A stretch of DNA of 64,000 bases from a virus: the IMG/VR virus record IMGVR_UViG_3300018080_000105, positions 32,001 through 96,000 of that record. The stretch is one strand, 5' to 3'. A program made the translations under genes and the position numbers. The notes below the pieces were generated by a model. The model searched no databases. It saw only the letters and a program-made list of their open reading frames with translations, and had not been told where the DNA came from. Below are positions 26,457-35,388 of the stretch, piece after piece. Numbering within the stretch: the stretch's first letter is position 1; each line of letters opens with the position of its first letter.

Positions 26457-28121
26457 TCACCTTAGTCCAAGAACAGAGCCAGTTACACCGCGAATCATAC
26501 CGCCCCACAATCCCATGTTCTGCAACTTCTTCTGGGCTTGTGGTTTGAGACCGCCAAGAACTCCAAGAACGCCACCCGCGATATGTGCCGTCGCCAAATC
26601 CACGCCGGCTGTCGCCAACCCGCGAATGAAATGCCGCGGCGACAACATCGACGGATTACCATGTAGTTGCTGCACGCCGGTAACCAGTCCGGAAGCAGCC
26701 GCTGCGTGCATCGGTGGAGTGTGGCGACCAGCATCACCCCAAATTGCACGATTAAACGCGTCAACCGGGACAGACTGTAACGCTACCCCGCGACTGCCCG
26801 TGTACCCACTGGAGTTCACTGCGCGTTTAATTCGGTTGACACTTTTCTCAAACTGATCGGACGCTGTGAGTCCCAACGTGTCGAGGTAATCCAAAGCCTG
26901 CTGCTGCGCGCTGGCCTTGTAGTGATTCATATAATCAATTTCGCTCGGAGCGATGTTCTGCTGCGTGACCGGCTGCAGGAATGACTTCCGCCACTGCGGC
27001 TTCCCGGTCGCGTTCTGGTTCATCTGTGCATTAGCCAAGCCTTGTGGGACATGTAAAGCCGCGCCGCCAAGCCCGCCGAGTATCGCCAGGTTCCGTCGCA
27101 GTTTACCGCGTTCCAGGTACTCTTCTGGCAGCAACTGCTCAGCAAGCCAGCCACCGCCGTAACCCAGCCCGGCGCCCAGCAACCCAGACACGATGGAGTT
27201 GGACATTGCCGAAGGCCCACCGGTCAGCTTACCCGCCGCACGGTATGGCAACCCCAGGTACTCCAGCGCAGAGGCTTTCTTGACCATGATCCAATTATCA
27301 GAGTCAGACGGGCCAACCTCAGATTCGGCGATGACTTTGTCGACCCCGTCGATCGAGTTGACGGCTTTCTCCCACTGCTCATAAACCTCTCGGCCGTCAG
27401 AGTCACCAAGCACGATCCACGCCGTCTTGTTTTCCGGATGCCAGTAAACGTAACCGTAACCAGGCATAGCCGGCAGATCTTTAATCGCCGTCTTTAGGGC
27501 GTCCCGGATGGCAGCCGCGAGCTTTAAGCGTTGGGTGACAAGTGCCGGGACCTGTCGCCACAGCGACAGTTCGCCCTTTTTTTCGATGCGTTTGATAGTT
27601 TCATCAGCCACGGTTTTCCATGCCCTCCTGGCGTCTACTGCGCGGTCGTCGAGATAGAGGTCCGCTACAACTTTGTCTGAGGCATCTTCCGGCTGGTCTG
27701 GGTTCTCGTTGATATGGTCGAACGGAATATCGTGTTCTTCCAACCAGCTGCGAACCAGTTTTTTGTCACCACGCACCGTGTTAATGATGATCTGATAACC
27801 CTCGTCCCGAAACCGCTGCATACTCTTCTTGGCGCCCGGCCTCGGCTTCTCGATCTTCTTCGGATCGAACTTGTCGTACATCGAAGCTAGCGTGCCGTCG
27901 AGATCTACAGCCACTGTGGGGAGTCGGTCCGCACGCGACTTCCCCGCAGCGGACTTTCGTCGCCCATCCAACACAGCACTGAGGCCGTCCAGCGGCAGAG
28001 AGGCTTCGGGGGTTTGTATGATCGTGGATAGTCGCGACATTGCGTTTCCCATGACTCCATGGCCTCTTTGAACCACTTCCAGAAAGCCGCGATCGCTCGC
28101 CGCCTTTGTTTGCTTCTCCAC
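26457..28121 (-). CDS. K-x-A polyprotein: HAD-family phosphatase domain + unknown domain + Gly-zipper membrane-like region
   Basis: VAVDLDGTL (DxDxT) and DLYLDDRA (motif IV); K-x-A at domain boundaries; SIVSGLLGAGLGYGGG and LAILGGLGGAAL. Confidence 0.75.
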   Translation of the reverse strand: MEKQTKAASDRGFLEVVQRGHGVMGNAMSRLSTIIQTPEASLPLDGLSAVLDGRRKSAAGKSRADRLPTVAVDLDGTLASMYDKFDPKKIEKPRPGAKKSMQRFRDEGYQIIINTVRGDKKLVRSWLEEHDIPFDHINENPDQPEDASDKVVADLYLDDRAVDARRAWKTVADETIKRIEKKGELSLWRQVPALVTQRLKLAAAIRDALKTAIKDLPAMPGYGYVYWHPENKTAWIVLGDSDGREVYEQWEKAVNSIDGVDKVIAESEVGPSDSDNWIMVKKASALEYLGLPYRAAGKLTGGPSAMSNSIVSGLLGAGLGYGGGWLAEQLLPEEYLERGKLRRNLAILGGLGGAALHVPQGLANAQMNQNATGKPQWRKSFLQPVTQQNIAPSEIDYMNHYKASAQQQALDYLDTLGLTASDQFEKSVNRIKRAVNSSGYTGSRGVALQSVPVDAFNRAIWGDAGRHTPPMHAAAASGLVTGVQQLHGNPSMLSPRHFIRGLATAGVDLATAHIAGGVLGVLGGLKPQAQKKLQNMGLWGGMIRGVTGSVLGLR

Positions 28122-28255
28122 AACGTATGTGATTTCCTGACTGACTTTGCTGCCCGCCGATAATCTTTCGGGGGAACCTTCCTCTGCAGGTTTCGCCGGC
28201 GGCGAGCTCTCTGCTTCGGGGTCATCGGACGCTTCACAGGTTGTGTTGAAACCAT
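27905..28255 (-). CDS. Arg-rich ORF overlapping the HAD polyprotein, or a frameshifted true start of that gene
   Basis: AGGAG SD + ATG 28255, but the alternative frame is open and continuous with 26457-28121. Confidence 0.3.
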   Translation of the reverse strand: MVSTQPVKRPMTPKQRARRRRNLQRKVPPKDYRRAAKSVRKSHTLWRSKQRRRAIAAFWKWFKEAMESWETQCRDYPRSYKPPKPLCRWTASVLCWMGDESPLRGSRVRTDSPQWL

Positions 28256-28325
28256 GCTTTCTCCTGAATAAAAGGATCGTCAGAAGTGCGGCGGGGCAAG
28301 TCTACCAGATCACACGCAGATGCCG

Positions 28326-29243
28326 CTATGTGCCTTTTCGAGGCCGCTTCTTCGGAGTCTTCTTCGGAGTCTTCTTCGGAGTCTTTTTCCGTGGTGGAAT
28401 TTCGGGAACTTTTCGCTTTGGACGTTTCTTTCGCTTGGGTTTCTTCAGTACGTGTTTTGGTGCCTTCTTTTTTCGCTTTTCATTCTTTCCCTCCAACACG
28501 TCCTGCCGGCCACGGGCTCTTTTCTTCCTGCGACGCGGACCTTTTGGTTTACCGTCCGGATGATCTTCCTTCCACAGCACCTTCTCTTCTCTCACCATAG
28601 GCGTCTTACCATCGACGTCGACTGGAATTGGCTGTTCCTCAATCGACGGCAACACGGGAAGATCATCGAGGTCAATCTCCGGAGGCACAATCACTCCGTT
28701 CCGAATATCTTCAGCAATCTGCATGTGAGTGTACGGGTACTCACCGTTCTCGGCTTTCCACTCGTCGTGAACTTGTTGCACAAGATCAGGCAACAACGCC
28801 GCAGAGCCATTGTTGTCGATGACAATGTCACAGTCTTCCGGACGAATTTGACAAGAGTCCACATTCTCCGGCGGATGACGTTGCGACGCATCAACCCAAA
28901 TGGACACATCCACCAGACCGATATCTTTCAACGCCTGCAACTCAGCAGTGCGGCGGATGCCTTCAAGAATGTCATTCTCTTCCAGCATGTCAACGTAGAG
29001 TGTCAAACCGCTGGGCTCGTTGTACTGCCAGATGATGTCGGCCCACTCGGCACGGTGGTTGTGGCGATCATCCCAGCACTCCTCGATGCTCTGATAGCCG
29101 TAAACCGACTTCAAAGTCTCATAGACGACACGTGCCGCGCCTTCGCTGGTGGATTCTTTGTACGCAAGGCCACTGATGCTGGAAAGAATTCGTGCTGTTG
29201 TACCTTTGCCGTGCCGGCCGTAGCCGCAAATCGCAACTGCCAT
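28326..29243 (-). CDS. P-loop (dNMP-kinase-like) protein with a histone-H1-like basic C-terminal tail
   Basis: ICGYGRHGKGTTA Walker A; tail ...KKPKRKKRPKRKVPEIPPRKKTPKKTPKKTPKKRPRKGT. Confidence 0.7.
   Translation of the reverse strand: MAVAICGYGRHGKGTTARILSSISGLAYKESTSEGAARVVYETLKSVYGYQSIEECWDDRHNHRAEWADIIWQYNEPSGLTLYVDMLEENDILEGIRRTAELQALKDIGLVDVSIWVDASQRHPPENVDSCQIRPEDCDIVIDNNGSAALLPDLVQQVHDEWKAENGEYPYTHMQIAEDIRNGVIVPPEIDLDDLPVLPSIEEQPIPVDVDGKTPMVREEKVLWKEDHPDGKPKGPRRRKKRARGRQDVLEGKNEKRKKKAPKHVLKKPKRKKRPKRKVPEIPPRKKTPKKTPKKTPKKRPRKGT
28347..28382. repeat. 3 x 12 bp tandem repeat CTTCTTCGGAGT (encodes TPKK x3)
   Basis: Seen directly in the sequence. Confidence 0.9.
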
Positions 29244-30371
29244 TTATCGCACTCCCTGCAGGAAACGGTCCAATGGATGATGCACCAGTGGCTTCCGTTG
29301 ACCTGACAGGTATGAAGACAGCTGACGCATGGAACGATCTGGATCAGCAGCATTTGCCAGCCGATCCTGTGCGGCAGCCTCGCTGATTGCTCGGTCACCG
29401 CGATGCTTGACCGCCCCCACATGGTTTACCAGATTATCGAGCACTCCGCGAGTGTGGTCGTACTGAAACGGAGTCTGATTGATTGCATTCATGTAGACGC
29501 TGCCGGCCTGCTTGGGTTCGCCGTACGGTTTTCCTTTGTACTGGTACTTCAACGGCCCCAGCACATTAGTTGTACGAACATAGTCAGCCGTCAGCTCCTC
29601 GCCAGAGACAATGTCTCGCAGAGCCCGCATCTGGACATACCCGTCACCTTTGACAATTTCAGTGTTCGGACTGTCCGAGTGATTGGTGTAACGAGCGTCA
29701 TCTGATTGTTCATAGACGTGCTTGCCGTCTTCGTTATCCGGCAAAACTGTCATCAGGCGATCAACGATGATGTCGCCATCGCTGAACTTCTGCGCAGCGA
29801 ACAAACCTTTACCGTGAATAGCCGACTCCCCCACACGGACGGACCTCGCGGCCGCCTTTTGCATGTGGATCATCGACGGCTGTCGTCGTTTCTTCTTACG
29901 GATAGCAAACGTCACATGGAACGGATACTGCGGCGGGCCGAGGCCCAGGTTACGACGAAGCTCCATCAGCCCCGGCGACTTGGCTTCCAGCGCCCAGCAC
30001 TTGGAAACACCGTCCCACGTATGCGGTGTGATCTTTCGGACCACGCCCAGGTTGAACCCGAACATTTGCCCGCGTTCTTTGATCCCGTCCGGGCCGCCGA
30101 TCGATTCCAACTCTTCAGGACGCGCCACAGAGATGTGAGCGTTGTACTGCCCGCTGGAGTCCTGTTTCGGTTGCTCGACCCCGGGTTCGTCAAGAGCCTG
30201 AAACGCACCATTCCCGATTGCATTGGGAACGTCAAGCAAAAGCCATCCAGAGTTGGAAAGGTACAGCTTCCCTTTCATCGCATATGACAGCGGGGGACGT
30301 GCGTCCGCCTGTTTATCTCGCTGCGACAATAGAACAGCCGCTTCCCCGATATCGTATAACGATGCAGACAT
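29244..30371 (-). CDS. K-x-A polyprotein: 2H phosphoesterase domain + SET lysine methyltransferase domain + C-terminal helical domain
   Basis: AHISV and FHVTF (2H HxS/HxT pair); ESAIHGKGLFA..RYTNHSDSPN..ALRDIVSGEELTADY (SET). Confidence 0.85.
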   Translation of the reverse strand: MSASLYDIGEAAVLLSQRDKQADARPPLSYAMKGKLYLSNSGWLLLDVPNAIGNGAFQALDEPGVEQPKQDSSGQYNAHISVARPEELESIGGPDGIKERGQMFGFNLGVVRKITPHTWDGVSKCWALEAKSPGLMELRRNLGLGPPQYPFHVTFAIRKKKRRQPSMIHMQKAAARSVRVGESAIHGKGLFAAQKFSDGDIIVDRLMTVLPDNEDGKHVYEQSDDARYTNHSDSPNTEIVKGDGYVQMRALRDIVSGEELTADYVRTTNVLGPLKYQYKGKPYGEPKQAGSVYMNAINQTPFQYDHTRGVLDNLVNHVGAVKHRGDRAISEAAAQDRLANAADPDRSMRQLSSYLSGQRKPLVHHPLDRFLQGVR

Positions 30372-30376
30372 ACCAG

Positions 30377-31135
30377 TTACTTAAAAGAGTTGGCGGCACC
30401 TTTGAGCCGGCCTGCCAGCAAAGTGCACCGCAAAAATGTCGCGTCTGAGATACTGCCTTCATGAGCAGCGAAAGAACAATATGTAACCGCCCGGGACTCG
30501 CTATTCGGTAAGTCCCGATCTTCAATGTGAAACCATGCTGACGCGGATACACCTTCTGCCTGGTAAATCTGTTTGATGCCCACGTCGTCCGGAAGGGCGT
30601 CCACATCAAAACGGATTTTGCCCGTACGAGAGATTTCCTGCAATCGTAAAATATAGTCACTGTCCAGTTCGTAATGCACGTAACTGATTGGCTCTTGCTG
30701 CCCTTGTCGCACCTGCAATACCGCCGTCGTCCATCTTGGTGACAGCACACCATTCCACGCCCGCAGGATCAGGAAACGATCGATATTGGTGTTTTCCATT
30801 AAATTGTCGAGCTCGCTTACAACATCCGACCATTCTTCCATGAACGAAGAAAAATCCAAGCTCGCAACTTGGAACTCCATCTCGTTCTCAGCCATCACCC
30901 GTGCTTGGTTGTGCTTCAACACCCCGAGGTAGCCGAAATAAGCGGTGACGCAAACGCCCGCAAAACCAATCCCAGCAACGATGACTTCTGTTGAGAGTTT
31001 GTGATCCTTAAAGGACTGCACTCCGAACGTGATGCCAACCGTCACAAGCACAGAGAGTAACGCTACGACCACGAGAAGAGCTAGATGGGCGGGGAATGTA
31101 AGCGGAAGAACATAATCCTTTTTACGGTCACTCAT
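30377..31135 (-). CDS. Two-TM membrane protein with a GAF-like soluble domain
   Basis: Start ATG 31135; two hydrophobic helices, then an alpha/beta domain with GAF-like pattern. Confidence 0.55.
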   Translation of the reverse strand: MSDRKKDYVLPLTFPAHLALLVVVALLSVLVTVGITFGVQSFKDHKLSTEVIVAGIGFAGVCVTAYFGYLGVLKHNQARVMAENEMEFQVASLDFSSFMEEWSDVVSELDNLMENTNIDRFLILRAWNGVLSPRWTTAVLQVRQGQQEPISYVHYELDSDYILRLQEISRTGKIRFDVDALPDDVGIKQIYQAEGVSASAWFHIEDRDLPNSESRAVTYCSFAAHEGSISDATFLRCTLLAGRLKGAANSFK

Positions 31136-31379
31136 CGGCGCTTTGCATCCTTTCGGCGACGACACAACGACAACTATCGGACCCCCTGCCATCCCCGAGC
31201 GACAGGGTCCGGGCTCTCAAAGAGAACCACAACAGCGGCATACTCGGGTACTTCCACTGCTCCACCTCCCCCACCGTAGGCGTTTACCAGATGAGGTTTC
31301 CAAAACTCCCTAACGAATCCATTTCGCTGGATGTTCTCTACCGGTCGGTACCTCGACCAATCCGATAACTGTCGTTGTA

Positions 31380-33365
31380 TCAAGTACGCCCTAGAAAGGC
31401 GTTCTGCGCTTCAGGTGACATCGCTCGCAATTTTTCCATATTGGCTCGCTGATCGTCCGACAGGAAGGTGCTCCAGACTGACTCTGGCAAAGTCTCCACA
31501 GCCCAGTTTTTCGCACCATCCTTCATCCTATCAAACCAACCTTGTTCGCCAGCATCTGATGTCGCAGGCTGTGGAGCCTGTTCGCCGCTTCCCTGGCTTC
31601 CGAAGAGACCAGAGATCGCGTTCTGTGCTCCTTCACCGAACATCCCCGCACCGGCAGCCGCGGCTCCTGCCCCGCCCAGTCCCAGGGCCGCCATCAGCCA
31701 AGACTCAATCCCGCCATCAGACAACGCACTAATCAACCCGATACCGCCAAGCGTCACGCCGAGCCCAAGTAACCACTTCATTGGCGTGTCCATGTTGTTC
31801 CACATCTCGGGGATCTGTTCCATGCTAAAACCGTTCTTGGCCAGTTCAGCTGTACCAGTTTCCTGCATTCCCGGAGTCATCTCGCCAGTCTCTAACGCTT
31901 TAGCGACTTCCTCGTTGCCCGACCACATGTCTTTGATCTTGGTACCCAAGTCAGTAGCCATCGCCGTCGCTTGCTGCGGCATGGACGCGACGAAATCAGC
32001 CATCTGAGTCATCACCCCTGTCTCATTCAACACTTCATTCGATACAGCGTCTGAAACCGCGCCTGCCGTTCCCGGTAGACCCCCGGCCGCGGCGGCAGGA
32101 TCGGCCGTGTTCGGAGCCCCGGCAGGCGCATTCTGTGCGTTCGCCATGTAACGGTCTTTCCGCATGGCATCTGCTGTCTGCGGGTACCCAACTCCGCCAT
32201 ACACTTCGTCTACAGCTTGTGCCCCGGCCGCCAAAGGAGCTGCTCCGCCTGCTCCACTGGCCGCAACGCCCATAGCCCCGTTTCCAAGTAACTGCCCGCC
32301 TCTTGCAGCATTAGCCGCCAAACCACCGCCAGCCGCCAGCCGCGATGCGCCGAGCACTTTACCAGCCCCCGCAGCCAACCCGCCACCAGTTGCCAGCGTC
32401 AACGCCGGCTCCGCGGCTGTATGTGTCCAGCCCAGCCCTGAATGCACTGCTCGCGACACTGGAGAGCCGCCCATTGAATTCGGTTGGTTGGCCATTTGAT
32501 GGTGATGTGCTGCGGCTGTGTTGTTAGCACTCTGGGAACGCCCTTGCAACTGATGCTGCGTGTCGCCAAAGAAACCACGACCAGCATCCGTGCCCATTGG
32601 GCGAGCGTAACTATCAGGACGCGACTCAACACTGTGCCCAAAGTTCGCACCGGTGACCATGTTCGGAAATGTCATCAAGTCTCGCGCCATCATCCGAGAA
32701 TAATCACCACCGGCCTGGCCCCTCATCGCGTCAACGGCCACAGCAGGCAACGCCCCGAGCCCGGCCAACGCTGAGCGACCTGCTCCGGATACGTAGTCCA
32801 TCGCGCCATGCTGTGGCTCATTGGCCTTGTAGTCGACAAACTCGCTGTCGCCCTGTGCGTTATTCTGTCGCGAGCCAACCAGGTGCTCTCGAACAGGTCC
32901 ACTGCCAAACATCTCCCGCATGATATTACCCGGCATCTGATACCACTTCTCGGAAGCAGGAGCTACCTGGCTGCGAAGATCCCGCCCCTGCTGAGCAACT
33001 TGCCGCGTCATCATTTGACGGCTCTGCGGCCCGCTCCCGGGGCGCGCCGGCTTCGGGCGAGCTGCGGGTGCGCTGGTCGGTGCAGTCGTCGGAGCAGCCG
33101 ACGGAGCAGGAGGCATCTTGCTCTGCGGCATATTCTTAGCCGGAACAAACGCGCACTTCTCGAATTCGGCCCGAATCGCTGGATGTCGCTGCACGGCATC
33201 GATGCAGGCTTCCAGAATCTCCAAATCCGAGAGCCCCGCCTGGCCGCACTTCTCCAGGAAGCCTGCCACGAGACGGGACTTTGAGGAATCAATCGAAGCA
33301 ACGGCGTCGCGGCAACGGCGGTTCGTCGCCAGCTTCTGCAACTGCACAAGGCGTGGAGCAGACAC
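31380..33365 (-). CDS. Large Gly/Ala-rich putative virion/ejection protein
   Basis: 661 aa; KLA and KCA motifs, multiple Gly-zipper helices (LLGLGVTLGGIGLISAL, ALGLGGAGAAAAG). Confidence 0.65.
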   Translation of the reverse strand: MSAPRLVQLQKLATNRRCRDAVASIDSSKSRLVAGFLEKCGQAGLSDLEILEACIDAVQRHPAIRAEFEKCAFVPAKNMPQSKMPPAPSAAPTTAPTSAPAARPKPARPGSGPQSRQMMTRQVAQQGRDLRSQVAPASEKWYQMPGNIMREMFGSGPVREHLVGSRQNNAQGDSEFVDYKANEPQHGAMDYVSGAGRSALAGLGALPAVAVDAMRGQAGGDYSRMMARDLMTFPNMVTGANFGHSVESRPDSYARPMGTDAGRGFFGDTQHQLQGRSQSANNTAAAHHHQMANQPNSMGGSPVSRAVHSGLGWTHTAAEPALTLATGGGLAAGAGKVLGASRLAAGGGLAANAARGGQLLGNGAMGVAASGAGGAAPLAAGAQAVDEVYGGVGYPQTADAMRKDRYMANAQNAPAGAPNTADPAAAAGGLPGTAGAVSDAVSNEVLNETGVMTQMADFVASMPQQATAMATDLGTKIKDMWSGNEEVAKALETGEMTPGMQETGTAELAKNGFSMEQIPEMWNNMDTPMKWLLGLGVTLGGIGLISALSDGGIESWLMAALGLGGAGAAAAGAGMFGEGAQNAISGLFGSQGSGEQAPQPATSDAGEQGWFDRMKDGAKNWAVETLPESVWSTFLSDDQRANMEKLRAMSPEAQNAFLGRT

Positions 33366-33388
33366 GGCACTCTCCTGGTTGAGGGAAC

Positions 33389-33402
33389 GGTAAATAAGAA
33401 CC
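33389..33402. promoter_or_regulatory. Repeated 14-mer, copy 2 (intergenic, inverted), within a 6 bp inverted repeat AACGGT/ACCGTT
   Basis: GGTAAATAAGAACC on the plus strand, upstream of the SD of 31380-33365. Confidence 0.5.
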
Positions 33403-33403
33403 G

Positions 33404-33616
33404 TTATTCGGCGTCGTCTATCTGCAGCTCCACAGCTCGTGGCCGGTCGCCTTCGTCGTCAATTTCAAATGCCACCCTGGTGCCGATTGTCAGGTCTTCA
33501 AACATCCCTTTTTTCGGCAAAGCTGACGTGTGGAAAAAGACATCCTTGTCTGCTCCGTCCGGACGAATAAATCCATACCCGTTCGGCTGAAGGTTCACAA
33601 TCTTACCCGCAGGCAT
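33404..33616 (-). CDS. Cold-shock domain protein
   Basis: NGYGFIRPDG (RNP1), DVFFHTSAL (RNP2), 70 aa. Confidence 0.92.
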   Translation of the reverse strand: MPAGKIVNLQPNGYGFIRPDGADKDVFFHTSALPKKGMFEDLTIGTRVAFEIDDEGDRPRAVELQIDDAE

Positions 33617-33644
33617 CTCGATCTCCGATACAATCCGTTGTTTA

Positions 33645-34643
33645 TCAAAGCCTGGCGTACGAGTATTCCGGGGTCTCCGACCGGCGGAGTTCAGGTAGAT
33701 ACGTCAGACATGCGTCTTCAACCGCCTCCCGGAACATGCTGCCTCGGATCCACCAGGTATCGAGTCCCCGCAGGTACTCGTGTGCCTGAAGAATCCTCTT
33801 CTCAGTCAGCAGATCAGGAATCTGGCCGAATTCTTCATAAAATAGAGGGTAGTCTTTCCCAAGGTAGTATTCCGGACCTGGTTGACGATTGATACAGATG
33901 GGAGTTTCTCTTGCGATGCACTCCACAACCGTGTTATTCGCCACCGCGGCCAGCACTTCCATGAGAACGACGTTCTCCGACAAAAGCAAATCGTACTCGG
34001 TATCAGGCACAAAGTGCAAGGTATTCACCTTACCAACGGATTCCCGCCGCCCTGCACCTTTCCCGTAATAGTCACGGCAAAGATCCTGCGCGTGCGACGC
34101 CCAGTAAGAATTCGAGACTAAATGCGTTTTTTGAAGCCAAGCCGGCGTTTTCGCATGCTCGATTGCAGCGACGTTACGGAGAAACCACCCCACCTGCAGA
34201 ATCTGTCGAACAGAGTTTCTGCGGAAGCGATCCGGAGACCACCTCGCCAACGGTAAACCCGTCGGGTGACGGACGGCGACAGCCGGAACTTGCGGCCATT
34301 TCTGACGACACCAAGCGGCTTGCTCTTCGCTGAAACACAGTAGGAGCCGCAGCTGGGGCAAACTTTTGAGCCAACGCTGGTCGTTGTCCAGCCGCGAGAG
34401 GTGGAGTTTCTGAAAGTACCAATCCGGCATAGCAGGCGGATGGTGAAGAAAGCCAATCCACGGAGTACGGTGATAAAAACCTTCGTGCCAGTGTGCGTCG
34501 TACAGAAATGTTCTTTCAACGAAATCATCGAGCAGCACCTCCGCGTCCGCGTCCAGCAGCGGCGACAATGCTTCCAGACAATAGGGCCACCCACTCCGGT
34601 GCTCCCCGTCTCCAACCTTCTGCAGATCAACCAGCCTGAGCAC
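33645..34643 (-). CDS. Probable GT-B-like glycosyltransferase-related protein
   Basis: C-terminal YDLLLSENVV..ANNTVVECIARETP resembles a GT-B donor-binding region; located in the glycan cluster. Confidence 0.45.
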   Translation of the reverse strand: MLRLVDLQKVGDGEHRSGWPYCLEALSPLLDADAEVLLDDFVERTFLYDAHWHEGFYHRTPWIGFLHHPPAMPDWYFQKLHLSRLDNDQRWLKSLPQLRLLLCFSEEQAAWCRQKWPQVPAVAVRHPTGLPLARWSPDRFRRNSVRQILQVGWFLRNVAAIEHAKTPAWLQKTHLVSNSYWASHAQDLCRDYYGKGAGRRESVGKVNTLHFVPDTEYDLLLSENVVLMEVLAAVANNTVVECIARETPICINRQPGPEYYLGKDYPLFYEEFGQIPDLLTEKRILQAHEYLRGLDTWWIRGSMFREAVEDACLTYLPELRRSETPEYSYARL

Positions 34644-35388
34644 GAAGATTCTCCACGATGTCGGCGTAAGTGGTCTTCAGCATGTTGTCCACGTACGCAC
34701 GCTCAACGTCATCAAGATTTCTCGCTCCAGATTTCCGCTTCATCACATGCTTCTCGGACCAAGTATTGTGCCCGTGGTAACAACGGAAATACATACACGC
34801 ATCGTTCCTCAGAATCTGCACTCCGATGTGCTCTCGCAGCGCCAAGATAAACTCTGTGTCTTCCGCTTTGCCTTTGCACGGGAATTCTACCCCGGAATCG
34901 GCAGGCCACAGCATTGTCCCGGGAAACCCCCTACAACGGATCTCCTGTCCGTCATTCACAAACGCCTGGCCTGTCTTCAGATTGCAGTGGATCTCGTGAC
35001 GAAAGATCGAACAGCCGCCAGGACTGGTCTGAATGACTTGATACGCCAAGCGATCAGGATGTGAGTAGTCGTCATCGTCCCATTGGACAATGTAATCGGT
35101 TTCGGCAAGCACGATCCCGATATTACGCAGCTCACCAAGTGTGTACTTTCTCTTGCCTTTGACCGGCTGATCTTCTGGCAACCCGATGCGGTACTCGATC
35201 ACGCCCTCGGGGCACTCGCCGTCAGCAAACAACGGCACGTCCGGGTGGTCATTGATCACCATCAACACCCGCTCACCGGGGTAGTTTTGGTTCTGCCAGG
35301 CTTCGACCGCCTTCATCGCCAACGGATATCTCGCTGACGTTTTCCCGGTCACCAGCACACCTGTCACGCTTGTCTCGTTCGGGTTCAT
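34627..35388 (-). CDS. Glycosyltransferase family 2 (GT-A)
   Basis: LGELRNIGIVLAETDYIVQWDDDDYSHPDRL (DxD motif). Confidence 0.85.
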   Translation of the reverse strand: MNPNETSVTGVLVTGKTSARYPLAMKAVEAWQNQNYPGERVLMVINDHPDVPLFADGECPEGVIEYRIGLPEDQPVKGKRKYTLGELRNIGIVLAETDYIVQWDDDDYSHPDRLAYQVIQTSPGGCSIFRHEIHCNLKTGQAFVNDGQEIRCRGFPGTMLWPADSGVEFPCKGKAEDTEFILALREHIGVQILRNDACMYFRCYHGHNTWSEKHVMKRKSGARNLDDVERAYVDNMLKTTYADIVENLRAQAG

